A stretch of DNA of 64,000 bases from NCBI GenBank assembly GCA_964291285.2, contig OZ219787.1, forward strand, positions 1,312,001 to 1,376,000, written 5' to 3'. The notes under the pieces are model-generated. The model did no database searches. It was not told the origin of the DNA and saw only the letters and a program-made list of their open reading frames with translations. This document shows, piece by piece, positions 30,446-40,103 of the stretch. The stretch comes from Alphaproteobacteria bacterium (lineage in GTDB: Bacteria; Pseudomonadota; Alphaproteobacteria; Bin95). The position numbers and the translations under genes are program-made. The stretch's first letter is position 1; each line of letters starts with the position of its first letter.

Positions 30446-30868
30446 TCAGTCCTTCCAGGGGTCGATCACGCGGAGGCCGGCCGCCTCGAACGGGGTTGTG
30501 TCGCGGGTGGCGACCGCCATGCCGTTGGCGGCCGCCGTCGCTGCGATATATCCGTCCGACGCCGCCACGGCGAGGCCCTTGCCGCGCGCCGCCGCCATCA
30601 GGCCGGCATAGGCCTGCGAGGCCGCGAGATCGAACGGGAGGATGCGGCCGGCGAACAGCGGCAGGATCCGGCGCTCGATCTCCTCATCCAGCAGGGTCCG
30701 GCGCCGCCCGGCGGGCAGCGACATGACGCCGAAACGCAGTTCGGCGACCGCGATCGCCGGGAGATACAGGGTTTCGAGGGGCTGGGCGTCGATCCAGGCG
30801 GCCACGCGGGCCTCCGGGCTGCGCCGCAGCGGCTCCGAGACGACGTTCGTGTCCAGTAAATAACTCAT
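30446..30868 (-). CDS. vapC: PIN-domain toxin (VapC/FitB-like)
   Basis: LLDTNVVSE, AELRFG, DGYIAATA, VATRD, IDPW. Confidence 0.9.
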   Translation of the reverse strand: MSYLLDTNVVSEPLRRSPEARVAAWIDAQPLETLYLPAIAVAELRFGVMSLPAGRRRTLLDEEIERRILPLFAGRILPFDLAASQAYAGLMAAARGKGLAVAASDGYIAATAAANGMAVATRDTTPFEAAGLRVIDPWKD

Positions 30869-31233
30869 CGGGACGCACCCACCTCGGCATTCTTGCCAAG
30901 CCCTTCCATTCGAGGCATATGTGACATAAGCGGTTGCGTGGACACGATTATTTTAGTCCGCTAGATTGCGGCCATGGAACCCACAGTCGCCAAACGAGAC
31001 AAGAGAGCGAGTGCTTACGATCCGTTTCGCACGCTCGCATTCCCGCTGCGCTTACGAGAAAATCGACCCGTTCCACCACAGGACGCCATCCGTCGAATCC
31101 GGTTCGGCGAGGCCGTGACGGAGGGAGCGATGGCGCAGACCGAATTCGGACCGGACCTGCCGGAACGCGGAGCCGGCATCGTCGTTTTCGTCGTCGCCAT
31201 GACCGAACGCCCTCGTCTCCGGAGCAGGACGCC

Positions 31234-32415
31234 ATGACGCAACGCCAGTACCGCACCCTCTCCAAGCGTATCGTCGACAGTCTCCCCGTCGATGGCAGGG
31301 ACACCGTCTACTGGGACCGCGAGCTGCCCGGTTTCGGCCTGCGCGTCTACGCGAGCGGCAAAAAGGTCTTCGTCGTCCAGACGCGAGCCTTCGGCCGTTC
31401 CAGGCGCGTGACCCTCGGCGAGCACGGCAACCCGTTCTCCGCCGACCGGGCCCGCAAGGAGGCCGCTGAGGTCATCGTCCGCATCAAGACGGGGCAGCCG
31501 CCGATACCGAAGGACCCGGCCAACGATCCCACCGTCGCCGACCTCGCGGACCGCTACTTCAGAGAACATGTCGAGATGCACTGCAAGCCGGCCACCGTCT
31601 CCCACTACCGGATCATGCTGCGCAAGCACATCGTGCCCGCCCTCGGCGGGCGTCTCGTCGCGGAGGTCGAGCACAAGGACATCCTGCGCTTCCACGACGC
31701 GCTGCATCACAGCCCCAGTGTCGCCAACCGGGCGGCCGACATTCTGGTCAAGATGTTCAATCTGGCCGACGAGTGGGGCTGGTGTCCCTCGGGGCGCAAC
31801 CCGGCCCGGAGCGTGCCCCGTTTCAGGGTCGAGAAGCACGAGCGCTTCCTCACCCGCGAGGAACTCTCCCGGCTCGGCGAGGCGCTCAGGGCCGCGCCCG
31901 CCGGGCGCCGGGCGTCCCCCCATGCGGCGGCCGCCATCTACCTTCTCGTGCTGACCGGATGCCGGCGCAACGAGATCCTCGGCCTGCGGTGGGACGACCT
32001 CAACTTCGACACTGGCGAGATGCGGCTGCGCGACTCCAAGACCGGCGCGCGGATGACGCCGATGCCGGCAAGGGTGGCCGCAGTGTTCGCCGGCCTTCCC
32101 CGCACGCCCGGCAATCCCTGGGTCTTCCCCGGCAGGAAGAAGGGCGCGCACCTGGTCAACCTCAACGACTCCTGGGAGCGCATCCGCAAGGACGCCGGTC
32201 TCGACGGCGTCCGCCTGCACGACTTGCGCCACACCTTCGCTTCCAGGGCGCTCGCGCTGGGCGAGGGCCTGGCGATGATCGGCGACCTGCTCGGCCACCG
32301 CAAGGTGAGCACCACCGCGCGTTACGCCCACCTCGCGCGGGACTCGGTGCGGGTGTCCTCGGCCCGGGTCGCCGCCGACATCGGCGCCAGGATCATGGCG
32401 CCGGACGGCCGCTAG
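31234..32415 (+). CDS. Tyrosine recombinase/integrase with N-terminal arm-binding domain
   Basis: WDRELPGFGLRV; TGCRRNE, HDLRH, LLGH, RYAH catalytic residues. Confidence 0.93.
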   Translation: MTQRQYRTLSKRIVDSLPVDGRDTVYWDRELPGFGLRVYASGKKVFVVQTRAFGRSRRVTLGEHGNPFSADRARKEAAEVIVRIKTGQPPIPKDPANDPTVADLADRYFREHVEMHCKPATVSHYRIMLRKHIVPALGGRLVAEVEHKDILRFHDALHHSPSVANRAADILVKMFNLADEWGWCPSGRNPARSVPRFRVEKHERFLTREELSRLGEALRAAPAGRRASPHAAAAIYLLVLTGCRRNEILGLRWDDLNFDTGEMRLRDSKTGARMTPMPARVAAVFAGLPRTPGNPWVFPGRKKGAHLVNLNDSWERIRKDAGLDGVRLHDLRHTFASRALALGEGLAMIGDLLGHRKVSTTARYAHLARDSVRVSSARVAADIGARIMAPDGR

Positions 32416-32452
32416 AGCGCCCGCGTCAAGGCGTACTCCGGAAGGACACTCC

Positions 32453-33655
32453 ATGCACAGCACCAACAAGCTCACCCTGTCCAGACAGTCCGTCGACCGG
32501 CTTCCCGTCGCCGACCGGGAGATCGTCTACTGGGATCGCCACCTGCCCGGCTTCGGCGTGCGCGTCTATGCGACCGGGTCGAAGGTCTACATCGCGCACG
32601 CGCGTTCCGGCGGGAAGACCCGGCGCGTCACCATCGGCCGTCATGGCGCATGGTCGACCGAGCGCGCCCGGCGCGAGGCCGGAGCGCTGATCGCGGATAT
32701 CAAGGCGGGCAGGACGCCGGGCCGTCCCGGCGCGGACTCCGCGTCCGCCACCGGACCGACGATCGCCGGGCTGGCGGACGACTACATGACCCGGCACGTG
32801 GCCCTGCGCTGCAAGCCGTCCACGCAGCGATCCTGCCGCCATATCCTCGACAGATTCCTCCTCCCCCGGTTCGGGGCGCTGCGCGTCGGCGAGATCACGC
32901 CCGATCACGTTGCCGCGCTGCACTACCGGCTCCGCGAGACGCCCATCATGGCGAACCAGACGGTCTCCCTGCTGTCGCGGCTCTTCCTGAGGGCCGCGGC
33001 CTCGGGCAACGCGCCGCCCGGCGGCAACCCCTGCCGGTTCATCAGGAAGTATCCGGCGCGAAGCCGCGAGCGCTTCCTGTCCGAGCAGGAATACGACCGG
33101 TTGGGCGCCGCGCTCGACGAACTCGAGGGCGCCGGCCGGGTTCTTGCCAGCGCCGCCGCGGCGATCCGCCTGCTGATGCTGACCGGCTGCCGGCGCAACG
33201 AAATCCTCACCCTCAAATGGGAGGATGTCGACCTCGAACATGACGAGCTCCGGTTGCGCGACGCGAAGACCGGAGCGCGCGCGGTTCCGCTGTCGCCGAC
33301 GGCGAGAGGAGTGCTCACCGCCATCCCCCGGCAGCCCGGCAATCCCTGGGTCATCTTCGGGCGCGAACCCGGAACGCACCTCGCCAATCTCAACTCGTCG
33401 TGGCAGGTGGCCCGCCGCGAGGCCGGACTCGAGGACATGCGGCTTCACGACCTTCGCCACAGCTTTGCCAGCAGGGCGCTCGCGCTCGGCGAGAGCCTGC
33501 CGACGATTGCCCGGCTCCTCGGCCACAGCCAGATCCAGACCACCGCCCGCTACGCCCACCTTGCACGGCAACCGGTGAAGACCGCCGCCGCCACCGTCGC
33601 GGACAGCCTCGCGGACGACATGGGGCCGGCGCCCGGCGCTCCCTCCATCACCTGA
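32453..33655 (+). CDS. Second tyrosine integrase (tandem paralog)
   Basis: WDRHLPGFGVRV; TGCRRNE, HDLRH, LLGH, RYAH. Confidence 0.93.
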   Translation: MHSTNKLTLSRQSVDRLPVADREIVYWDRHLPGFGVRVYATGSKVYIAHARSGGKTRRVTIGRHGAWSTERARREAGALIADIKAGRTPGRPGADSASATGPTIAGLADDYMTRHVALRCKPSTQRSCRHILDRFLLPRFGALRVGEITPDHVAALHYRLRETPIMANQTVSLLSRLFLRAAASGNAPPGGNPCRFIRKYPARSRERFLSEQEYDRLGAALDELEGAGRVLASAAAAIRLLMLTGCRRNEILTLKWEDVDLEHDELRLRDAKTGARAVPLSPTARGVLTAIPRQPGNPWVIFGREPGTHLANLNSSWQVARREAGLEDMRLHDLRHSFASRALALGESLPTIARLLGHSQIQTTARYAHLARQPVKTAAATVADSLADDMGPAPGAPSIT

Positions 33656-34540
33656 CCGGCAGCCCCGTGCGCACTGCCGCTGAGAGTCTGTTCCTGGAGT
33701 AGCGGTTGGCCTCAAGACATGGTCGCTCAACGGGTCTTGAGGCCGATATGACAAGATTCCCGTTGATGAGGACGTCCGGGCTGTCGGGAAGGAGCGCAGG
33801 ACAGGGAAAGGGGACATTCCCGAACGCGTCCCGGTCCGGGAATCCCGAAAGAGGCTGACGGGACTCGACTTCCCGTTCCGTTCCGTGACAAATTCTCCTC
33901 GTCAACATTGCACGCACCCGCTCTGTCGGGTCGCCCGCTCAATAGAACAGCCGAACCCGGCGAGGGAGTAGCTACTCGCTGGCCAACAGGCCCGCCAATG
34001 ACGACCCGCGCTGCGTCGAACCGGTTTCGCTCCGCTGATCGCCGACAACTGTTCCCGACCTTGCCGACCGGTCCGGATGAAGCGGGGCCTGACGGCAGTG
34101 GGACGGGCCGCGAAACAGCAAACAGGCATATCCCGCTAAGGCGACAACCGGAAGATCATGCAAGAGGGGGGCTGGCAGACTGCTCAATGTCTGGGATACA
34201 CTTGAACACAATCGCTCCGCTGTCCAAAAGGTGAGCCACTCGGAGAGACGCCAAGTCCAAAGTCCATGGTGCTCGTACCCCCGACATCGCTCCCCTTGGC
34301 CGTGACACGAAGAAAACCAGCATCAGGGTGCAGGTCCCGTATGGCGATTGCAACCATTTGATTTATTGAGATTTTATGTTCTTTTCGGATGGCCTTTGGG
34401 GTCGATCGGTGACAATCGGGGTTTCGGGGTCGGGATTTTGTCACGGCCGCTCGGTGGCAGGGCCGGAAGCGGGACCGCTCCGCCCGCCGGAGGCGGGTAG
34501 GATGTCGTTCTGAAGCAACCGCAACCACAGGAGCGGCCCC

Positions 34541-35957
34541 ATGGCAGTTTCGCAGTCTGCATCCTGCTCGTCCATCGATCTTGCCGGCTTGCCGGCTCGG
34601 ATACTGGAGGCGCTGTCGGGGCTGGTTGCGGTTTGTCGTGAGCCGCCTGCTTCCGCGCCATGCGCGGTTGCATTCGAGGAAGCGGAGCTTCGTGTTCGGG
34701 AGAGCGTGAACGCGCTGGGTTGCGAGGTTCCGGGAGCTTGGGTGGAAGGTCTGGACGACGGGGCGTTGCGGGTCGAGCAGGCCGGGCAACGCCGGTTCCG
34801 TGTGGCGGCGACGCCGAAGACGATCATGAGCACGCTCGGCCCGGTGACCTACAGGCGGGCGCGCTATCGCCACGGCGTGGGCGGCCCCTCGCTCGTGCCG
34901 GTGGACGAGAGCCTGGGGCTGGTGAACGACTGGCTGACGCGCCCGGCCGCCCGGATCGGGCTGATGATGATGGGTCACGGCACGGCGCGGGAAGCGGAGG
35001 GGTTCTTCTCGGAGATGGGCGCCATGAGGCCGTCGGCGAGCACCTTGCAGCGGCTCGCCTGCAGCCTGCATGAGCGCTGGGAGAGCCTGGGGCCGCAGGC
35101 GCTGGACAGTATCCGCAGCACGGAAGACATCCCATCCGGGGCGGTCAGCGCCTCGGTCTCGCTCGACGGCGTCATGGTGGCGCTGCGCGCCGGCGAGGAC
35201 GGGCGCGACGAGGCCTGCTGGCGCGAGGCCGCCTGCGGCACGGTCTCCTTCCACGACGCCCAAGGCGAACGGCTCAAGACCCTCTACTTCGCCCGCATGC
35301 CGGAGAGCGGCAAGCCCACGCTGAAGGCCCAACTCGCAAGCGAGGTCGCGCATATCCGCCGCGCGCGCCCCGATATCGCGGTCGTTGCGCTCGCCAGAGC
35401 CTGCCCCTGCGAAGGCGGGGGGCGCCCCCGACAACTGGACCTTCCTGGAGAGCCTCTCGCCCGAGGCCGAGGCCGTCGACTTCTGGCACGCCTGCGAGCA
35501 TCTCCGCACAGCCTCCGACCATGCCGTCGATCCCCGCTGGTTCGAGACTTACCGCCATACCCTGCGTCATGACCCGTGCGGCGTCGCCAAGGTGACCCGG
35601 GCGCTGCGCTATCTGCGCGACAAGGCAGGCAGCAACCGCACCGCGCGCAACGCCATCGAGCGCGAACTCGCCTTCTTCTGCAAGCACCGCAAGCGCATGC
35701 GATACCGCAACCTCAGCGACCGGGGCATCACCATCGGCTCCGGCGTTGTCGAGGCCGCAAACAAAACCCTCGTCACACAGAGGATGAAGCGCTCCGGCAT
35801 GCGATGGCGCATCGCCGGCGGCCAGGCCGTCCTCACCGTCCGCGCCCTCATCAAATCCGGACGCTTCGACCGCGCATGGAATGCCCTCATGAGCGATGAC
35901 GATATCCCCGCAAACGAAAACAACCGCACCGGAAACCAACAAAGCCGCGCCGCATGA
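34541..35957 (+). pseudogene. ISKra4/ISLre2-type DDE transposase, frameshifted
   Basis: SLDG in one frame; DFWHACEHL and GSGVVEAANK...RMKRSGMRW in another; shift at 35396-35420. Confidence 0.82.
35396..35420. repeat. REP-like mini palindrome inserted in transposase
   Basis: AGAGCCTGCCCCTGCGAAGGCGGGG containing a CCCC(T)GC-GAAG-GCGGGG hairpin. Confidence 0.65.
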
Positions 35958-36495
35958 ACCCTGACCCTCAGCCCAGCGCCATCATCGCCATACGAGATTC
36001 ACGCCCCGCACGGACCGTCGAGACAATCGCAACCACGACCTTCCGGGGCCTCAGTTCCCTGATCTCATTGAAAGCAAGCGGGAACTCAACTCAGGACCCG
36101 TCGGGCGAGGAGAACAAGATGAAGAATCTCAGGCGAATAGCGCGTCTGAAGGTCATTGACGAAGGAGACGCATATAAAATCACCGCAAGGATGTTGAGGC
36201 TGGCGACAAGCCTCCGCCGCGCGGCGGAGATACTTGACCAAGCGCACAACGAAGCAAGGGAAGGCAGAAACCGGGAGGATTTCTCCGCCGCGTTCTACGG
36301 GACACCGATTCTGCGGGCACAGTCAGCAGAAATTGCACTGAAGGCGCTATGGCGCATCGGACACAACGAGGAACGTGGCGCGCCCCCGCATCACCACAAT
36401 CTGACAAAGCTGCATGATGCTCTGACCGAACCGATTGTTAGCGACGGTTACAGAGCGCGCCTATTCGCTGACATTTTTCGGCCGGTTGCGGTTTT

Positions 36496-37368
36496 TCAGT
36501 TGATCTGTTGGTCATCGGTTTCGATTGGTTCGCCGGCTCGGTCGCGGATGAGCATGTCGTTCCAGTCCCGGTTGTCGAGTGCGGGTCGCAGCCGGACGAT
36601 TCTGGTGTCGTTGCGGGCGAGGCGCCTTGCGGCGTGATCGCCGTTTGTGGTGGCGTCGTATGCACAGAAGATGAGGCGCGGGTTCCATGCCTCGATCCAT
36701 TTGGGGACTTTGGTGGCGACGGCGCCGGTGGAGACGGTGGCGCATTCGGTGCGTTTTACCGGGCCGAGGTGGAGGGAGAGGATGGAGAGTGCGTCGAGGG
36801 CGTTGCCGGCCAGGATGACGGCGTGTGGCCATTCGGTCTCCCAGGACATCCAGAAGCCGCCGCCCGCGGTCGTTTTGCGGTCAGCGGTGACGGTTTCGAT
36901 GCCGGTAGCCTCGCCGGCGGCGTTTCGGCGGACGAACACGGGGTTGCCGTGAGGGTCGGCATGGACCAGGCCGAGGTCGCGGCACAGGGTGACGAGCGCG
37001 TCCGCGAGGCCGCGCCGCTCGACGAGGTATCGCCGGAGGTTGGGCCAGCGGGGGTCCTTGGCCGGCGCCTGCCGGCGGCCGCCTGGGGGCATTGAGAGGT
37101 CGGACAGTTCGGCGAGGAAGTCGATGGCGTCCGGCGGGGTGCATCCGAGCGCATGGACCGCCAGTTCGATAGCCCCGGCTCCCTCCTCTGCGCGCAGATG
37201 GTCGTAGAACATGAAGCGGTTGATGGAGAGGACCGATCCTGGCCGTCTCCAGCGCACGGCATTGTCGGGATCGCTGCGGTAGCCGAGGGCTCGGGCGACG
37301 GGTTCGAGGGGATAGCCCCGCAGGCTCTCGGCCCGCACCCGCCGCTCGCGGGGGCGGGAGGGATGCAT
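36496..37368 (-). CDS. DUF3991/Toprim primase-like passenger protein
   Basis: GAGAIELAVH, RYLVERRGL, NPVF, ALDALS, AYDA..GD.AA, DWND. Confidence 0.72.
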   Translation of the reverse strand: MHPSRPRERRVRAESLRGYPLEPVARALGYRSDPDNAVRWRRPGSVLSINRFMFYDHLRAEEGAGAIELAVHALGCTPPDAIDFLAELSDLSMPPGGRRQAPAKDPRWPNLRRYLVERRGLADALVTLCRDLGLVHADPHGNPVFVRRNAAGEATGIETVTADRKTTAGGGFWMSWETEWPHAVILAGNALDALSILSLHLGPVKRTECATVSTGAVATKVPKWIEAWNPRLIFCAYDATTNGDHAARRLARNDTRIVRLRPALDNRDWNDMLIRDRAGEPIETDDQQIN

Positions 37369-37370
37369 GG

Positions 37371-38165
37371 CTATGGCGACGGGACCGGGTTCGCCTTTCC
37401 AGTGCTTTGCCCGGCTTTCGGTCCGCGCCGGCGGCGGCGTTCGGCGCTGCGCTGCTTCTGACGTTCCTCGGCTTCCTTGCGGCGCCAGGAGTCGCCGTCG
37501 ATGGCGACGATCTCGGCGTTGTGGACGAGCCGGTCGACGAGGGCGACCAGGCAGGCGGCGTTTGGGAAGGCCTCGCTCCACTCGGCGAAGGGGCGGTTCG
37601 TGGTGATTATGGTTGAGTTCTGCTGGCTGCGGCTTGAGACGATGTTGAACAGCAGGTCGGCGTGGCGGTTGGAGTAGGAGAGATATCCGACTTCGTCGAT
37701 GACCAGCAGGTGCTGTCGGGCGTAGAAGCGCAGCCTGCGCTGGAGCAGGGTGTCGGAGTCGATGGCGGCGAGTTCGCCGAGCAGGCTGGCGGCGGTTGCG
37801 AAGCGCACGATGTGGCCTTCGAGGACGGCGCGGTGGGCGATATTGGCGGCGATGGTGGACTTTCCGACGCCGTTGGGTCCGACCAGTACGAGGTTTGCGG
37901 CCTCCTTGAGGAAGTCGAGGGTCATGAGGTCCTCGACGGCCATGCGGTCGCAGCGCCTTGGCCAGTCCCAGTCGAAGTCTGCGAGCGGCTTGAACTGTCC
38001 GAGGCGGGCGTCGGCGAGGCGGCGTTTGAGGCTTCGGGCGCGCTTCTCATCTTCTTCCCACGCGATCAGGGAGGCGAGCCAGTCGCGCTCCGCGACTTCG
38101 CCCCAATGGGCGAGGAGGCCGTGCAGGCCCAGCGCGCGGGCGCGGTTCATGAGGGTGTCGGTCAT
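37371..38165 (-). CDS. istB: IS21 helper ATPase IstB
   Basis: FDWDWP, GPNGVGKS, LLVIDEVGY, ITTN, DRLVH. Confidence 0.94.
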   Translation of the reverse strand: MTDTLMNRARALGLHGLLAHWGEVAERDWLASLIAWEEDEKRARSLKRRLADARLGQFKPLADFDWDWPRRCDRMAVEDLMTLDFLKEAANLVLVGPNGVGKSTIAANIAHRAVLEGHIVRFATAASLLGELAAIDSDTLLQRRLRFYARQHLLVIDEVGYLSYSNRHADLLFNIVSSRSQQNSTIITTNRPFAEWSEAFPNAACLVALVDRLVHNAEIVAIDGDSWRRKEAEERQKQRSAERRRRRGPKAGQSTGKANPVPSP

Positions 38166-39667
38166 TCTTCGCTGTCCTTTTCATGGTAGCCGGCCAGCCC
38201 GTCGTATCCGCCGAGATCGTGATCGCGCACGGCGATGTCGCGCACGCGCGGGTCCCTGGGCAGGTCGATGGGGATCGGCGGCGGCCTGTCCTGCAGTTCG
38301 CGCCGCCGTGTGAGGCTGAGGCGCACGGCATTGGGATGGGGGACGCCGCGTTCGAGGGCCTCGTCGATGGCGGCTTCGAGCTCGGCGGCGCCGTATTGGT
38401 CGAGCAGGCGCAGCAGGGCGGCGACGGTGGCGCCGATATAAGCGCCGCGGGGGGCGGCCTCGGCGATCAGGCGCTCGCTGTTGGGCGCGGCCTGGAGCAG
38501 CCGGCTCTGCCCGCGCAGGCTGCGGGCGTGACGCTTGCGCCTGACCAGCTCCTCAATGTGTTCGGGGTTCTCGATGCGGGCCGCCTTGTCGAAGCTGCGC
38601 GGATGGCGGGCGATGACCTCCATGCCGTCGAGGATGCGCACCTCTTCCAGCGTCGCGGCCACGGTGAGGGTGCGCCGGACATGGGTATGCGGGACGCTGT
38701 AGTCATTGAGGTCGAACCTGGCATAGGGGGTCTTGGCGATCCTGACCTCGACCCTCTCGTCGACGGGGGGACGGTCGTCGGGCAGCGCCATCAGGGAGCC
38801 GCGCTCGCGCTCGAAGGCCTCGCTCACGGTGAGGGAGCGGTCGTCCGGCCAGGGGCGGTCGGCGGCGACGCCCTCGCACCACTCCCGGGCCTGGGCGTTG
38901 AGATCGTCGAGGTCACGCCAGGCGCGGGCGGCGAAGAAGCTGTCGCGCACATAGCGTATGGCCCGCTCGACGCGGCCCTTCTCGTTGCCTCGGGCGACCG
39001 CGACCGGCTTCGGCAGGAAGCGGTAGGCGCCTGCGAAGTCGAGAAGCCGGGGATTGAAGCGGATGGCGTCGCCGCGCCGCTCCAGCACGACGCTCTTCAG
39101 ATTGTCGTACCAGAGCTCGCGGGGCACGCCCTGCCAAGCCTCGAAGGCCTCGACATGGCCGCGCAGGAAGTTGTCCATCCCGGCGTTGAGGTAGAAGCGC
39201 AGGAAGAGGCGGCGCGAGTGGCCGAGCACCATCACGAAGGCCATCAGCGGGCGCTCCGCACGCCCGATCCTCACCTTGCCGAAGTGGGCCCAGTCGACCT
39301 GGGCCTGCTCGCCGGGCAGGGCCTTGAGGCGCAGATAGGCCTCGGCCACCGGCCGCGGACGCCCGGGCGCGATCATGCGCCGGAAGTGGCTCTCGCACCC
39401 CCGGTAACCGCGCTCGACCGCCATCCGGTAGAGCCGGCTGGAGGGCAACTTCGGCCAGACCGCCAGGGTCTGGCGGACGAAGGGCAGGAACGGATCGATC
39501 ATCGAAGATCTGCGCCGCTTCTCAGGCGTGGGCGCCCCGGCGGCCGCCACCGCGCGCTCGACCGTGCCGTGGTGGACGCCGAGCTGGCGCGCGATCGTGC
39601 CGATCCGCCACTTCTCGGCAAAATACAGCCGCAGGATCTCGGCCCGGGTCTGCTGGTCGATCGCCAT
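38162..39667 (-). CDS. istA: IS21 transposase IstA
   Basis: PGEQAQVDW, YDNLKS, KGRVERAIRY; ATGA overlap with istB. Confidence 0.94.
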   Translation of the reverse strand: MAIDQQTRAEILRLYFAEKWRIGTIARQLGVHHGTVERAVAAAGAPTPEKRRRSSMIDPFLPFVRQTLAVWPKLPSSRLYRMAVERGYRGCESHFRRMIAPGRPRPVAEAYLRLKALPGEQAQVDWAHFGKVRIGRAERPLMAFVMVLGHSRRLFLRFYLNAGMDNFLRGHVEAFEAWQGVPRELWYDNLKSVVLERRGDAIRFNPRLLDFAGAYRFLPKPVAVARGNEKGRVERAIRYVRDSFFAARAWRDLDDLNAQAREWCEGVAADRPWPDDRSLTVSEAFERERGSLMALPDDRPPVDERVEVRIAKTPYARFDLNDYSVPHTHVRRTLTVAATLEEVRILDGMEVIARHPRSFDKAARIENPEHIEELVRRKRHARSLRGQSRLLQAAPNSERLIAEAAPRGAYIGATVAALLRLLDQYGAAELEAAIDEALERGVPHPNAVRLSLTRRRELQDRPPPIPIDLPRDPRVRDIAVRDHDLGGYDGLAGYHEKDSEE

Positions 39668-39668
39668 C

Positions 39669-40103
39669 TCACTCCCTTCGCGCCGGGCGCAGGCCCGGAT
39701 AGACCGCCCGGGCGCAGAACCGCCCGCAGTGATCGCAGCGGAACACTCCGGCGGGACGGTCGGGTCCGAAGGGCCTCCTTCCCGAGCGCCCCGCCGGCAT
39801 GCCCGCCACAACAGGACGGCGCGGTGAACGGGTCAAAGGGTGATGCGTCACTTTCTGCGCACGGCGCCCCTCCTCAGGCGCACGGACGCGACGGCGCTCG
39901 CGGTAGCGCCGCTGGCGTTCGGCATGCTTGTGACGGCCCCGCCGGCTGTTCTGGTAGCGACGCCCGGCAAGGCGCAGCGAGCGCCGCCGCGCCCGGCCGC
40001 TGCACGGACGCGAGCAGTAGATGTTGCCGTGGTCGCACCGCCGGCACAGCACAACCTGGCGATGGCACGAAGCGCAGGTGAACAGGCGGGCGGCGTTCCT
40101 CAT
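39669..40103 (-). CDS. Cys-rich, Arg-rich Zn-finger protein upstream of istA
   Basis: CASC...CRRCDHGNIYCSRPC, basic helix, C-terminal CDHCG; stop abuts the istA start. Confidence 0.65.
   Translation of the reverse strand: MRNAARLFTCASCHRQVVLCRRCDHGNIYCSRPCSGRARRRSLRLAGRRYQNSRRGRHKHAERQRRYRERRRVRAPEEGRRAQKVTHHPLTRSPRRPVVAGMPAGRSGRRPFGPDRPAGVFRCDHCGRFCARAVYPGLRPARRE

Larger units (their letters stand above)
34326..36006 (+). mobile_element. ISKra4/ISLre2-like IS (inactivated)
   Basis: Imperfect 23-bp IRs sharing CGTATGGCGAT (34326-34348 / 35984-36006); no TSD found. Confidence 0.7.

Noticed and set aside
33900-34325. Short ORFs between the integrases and the ISKra4-like IS
   Set aside because: No recognisable motifs or consistent frame; probably debris.
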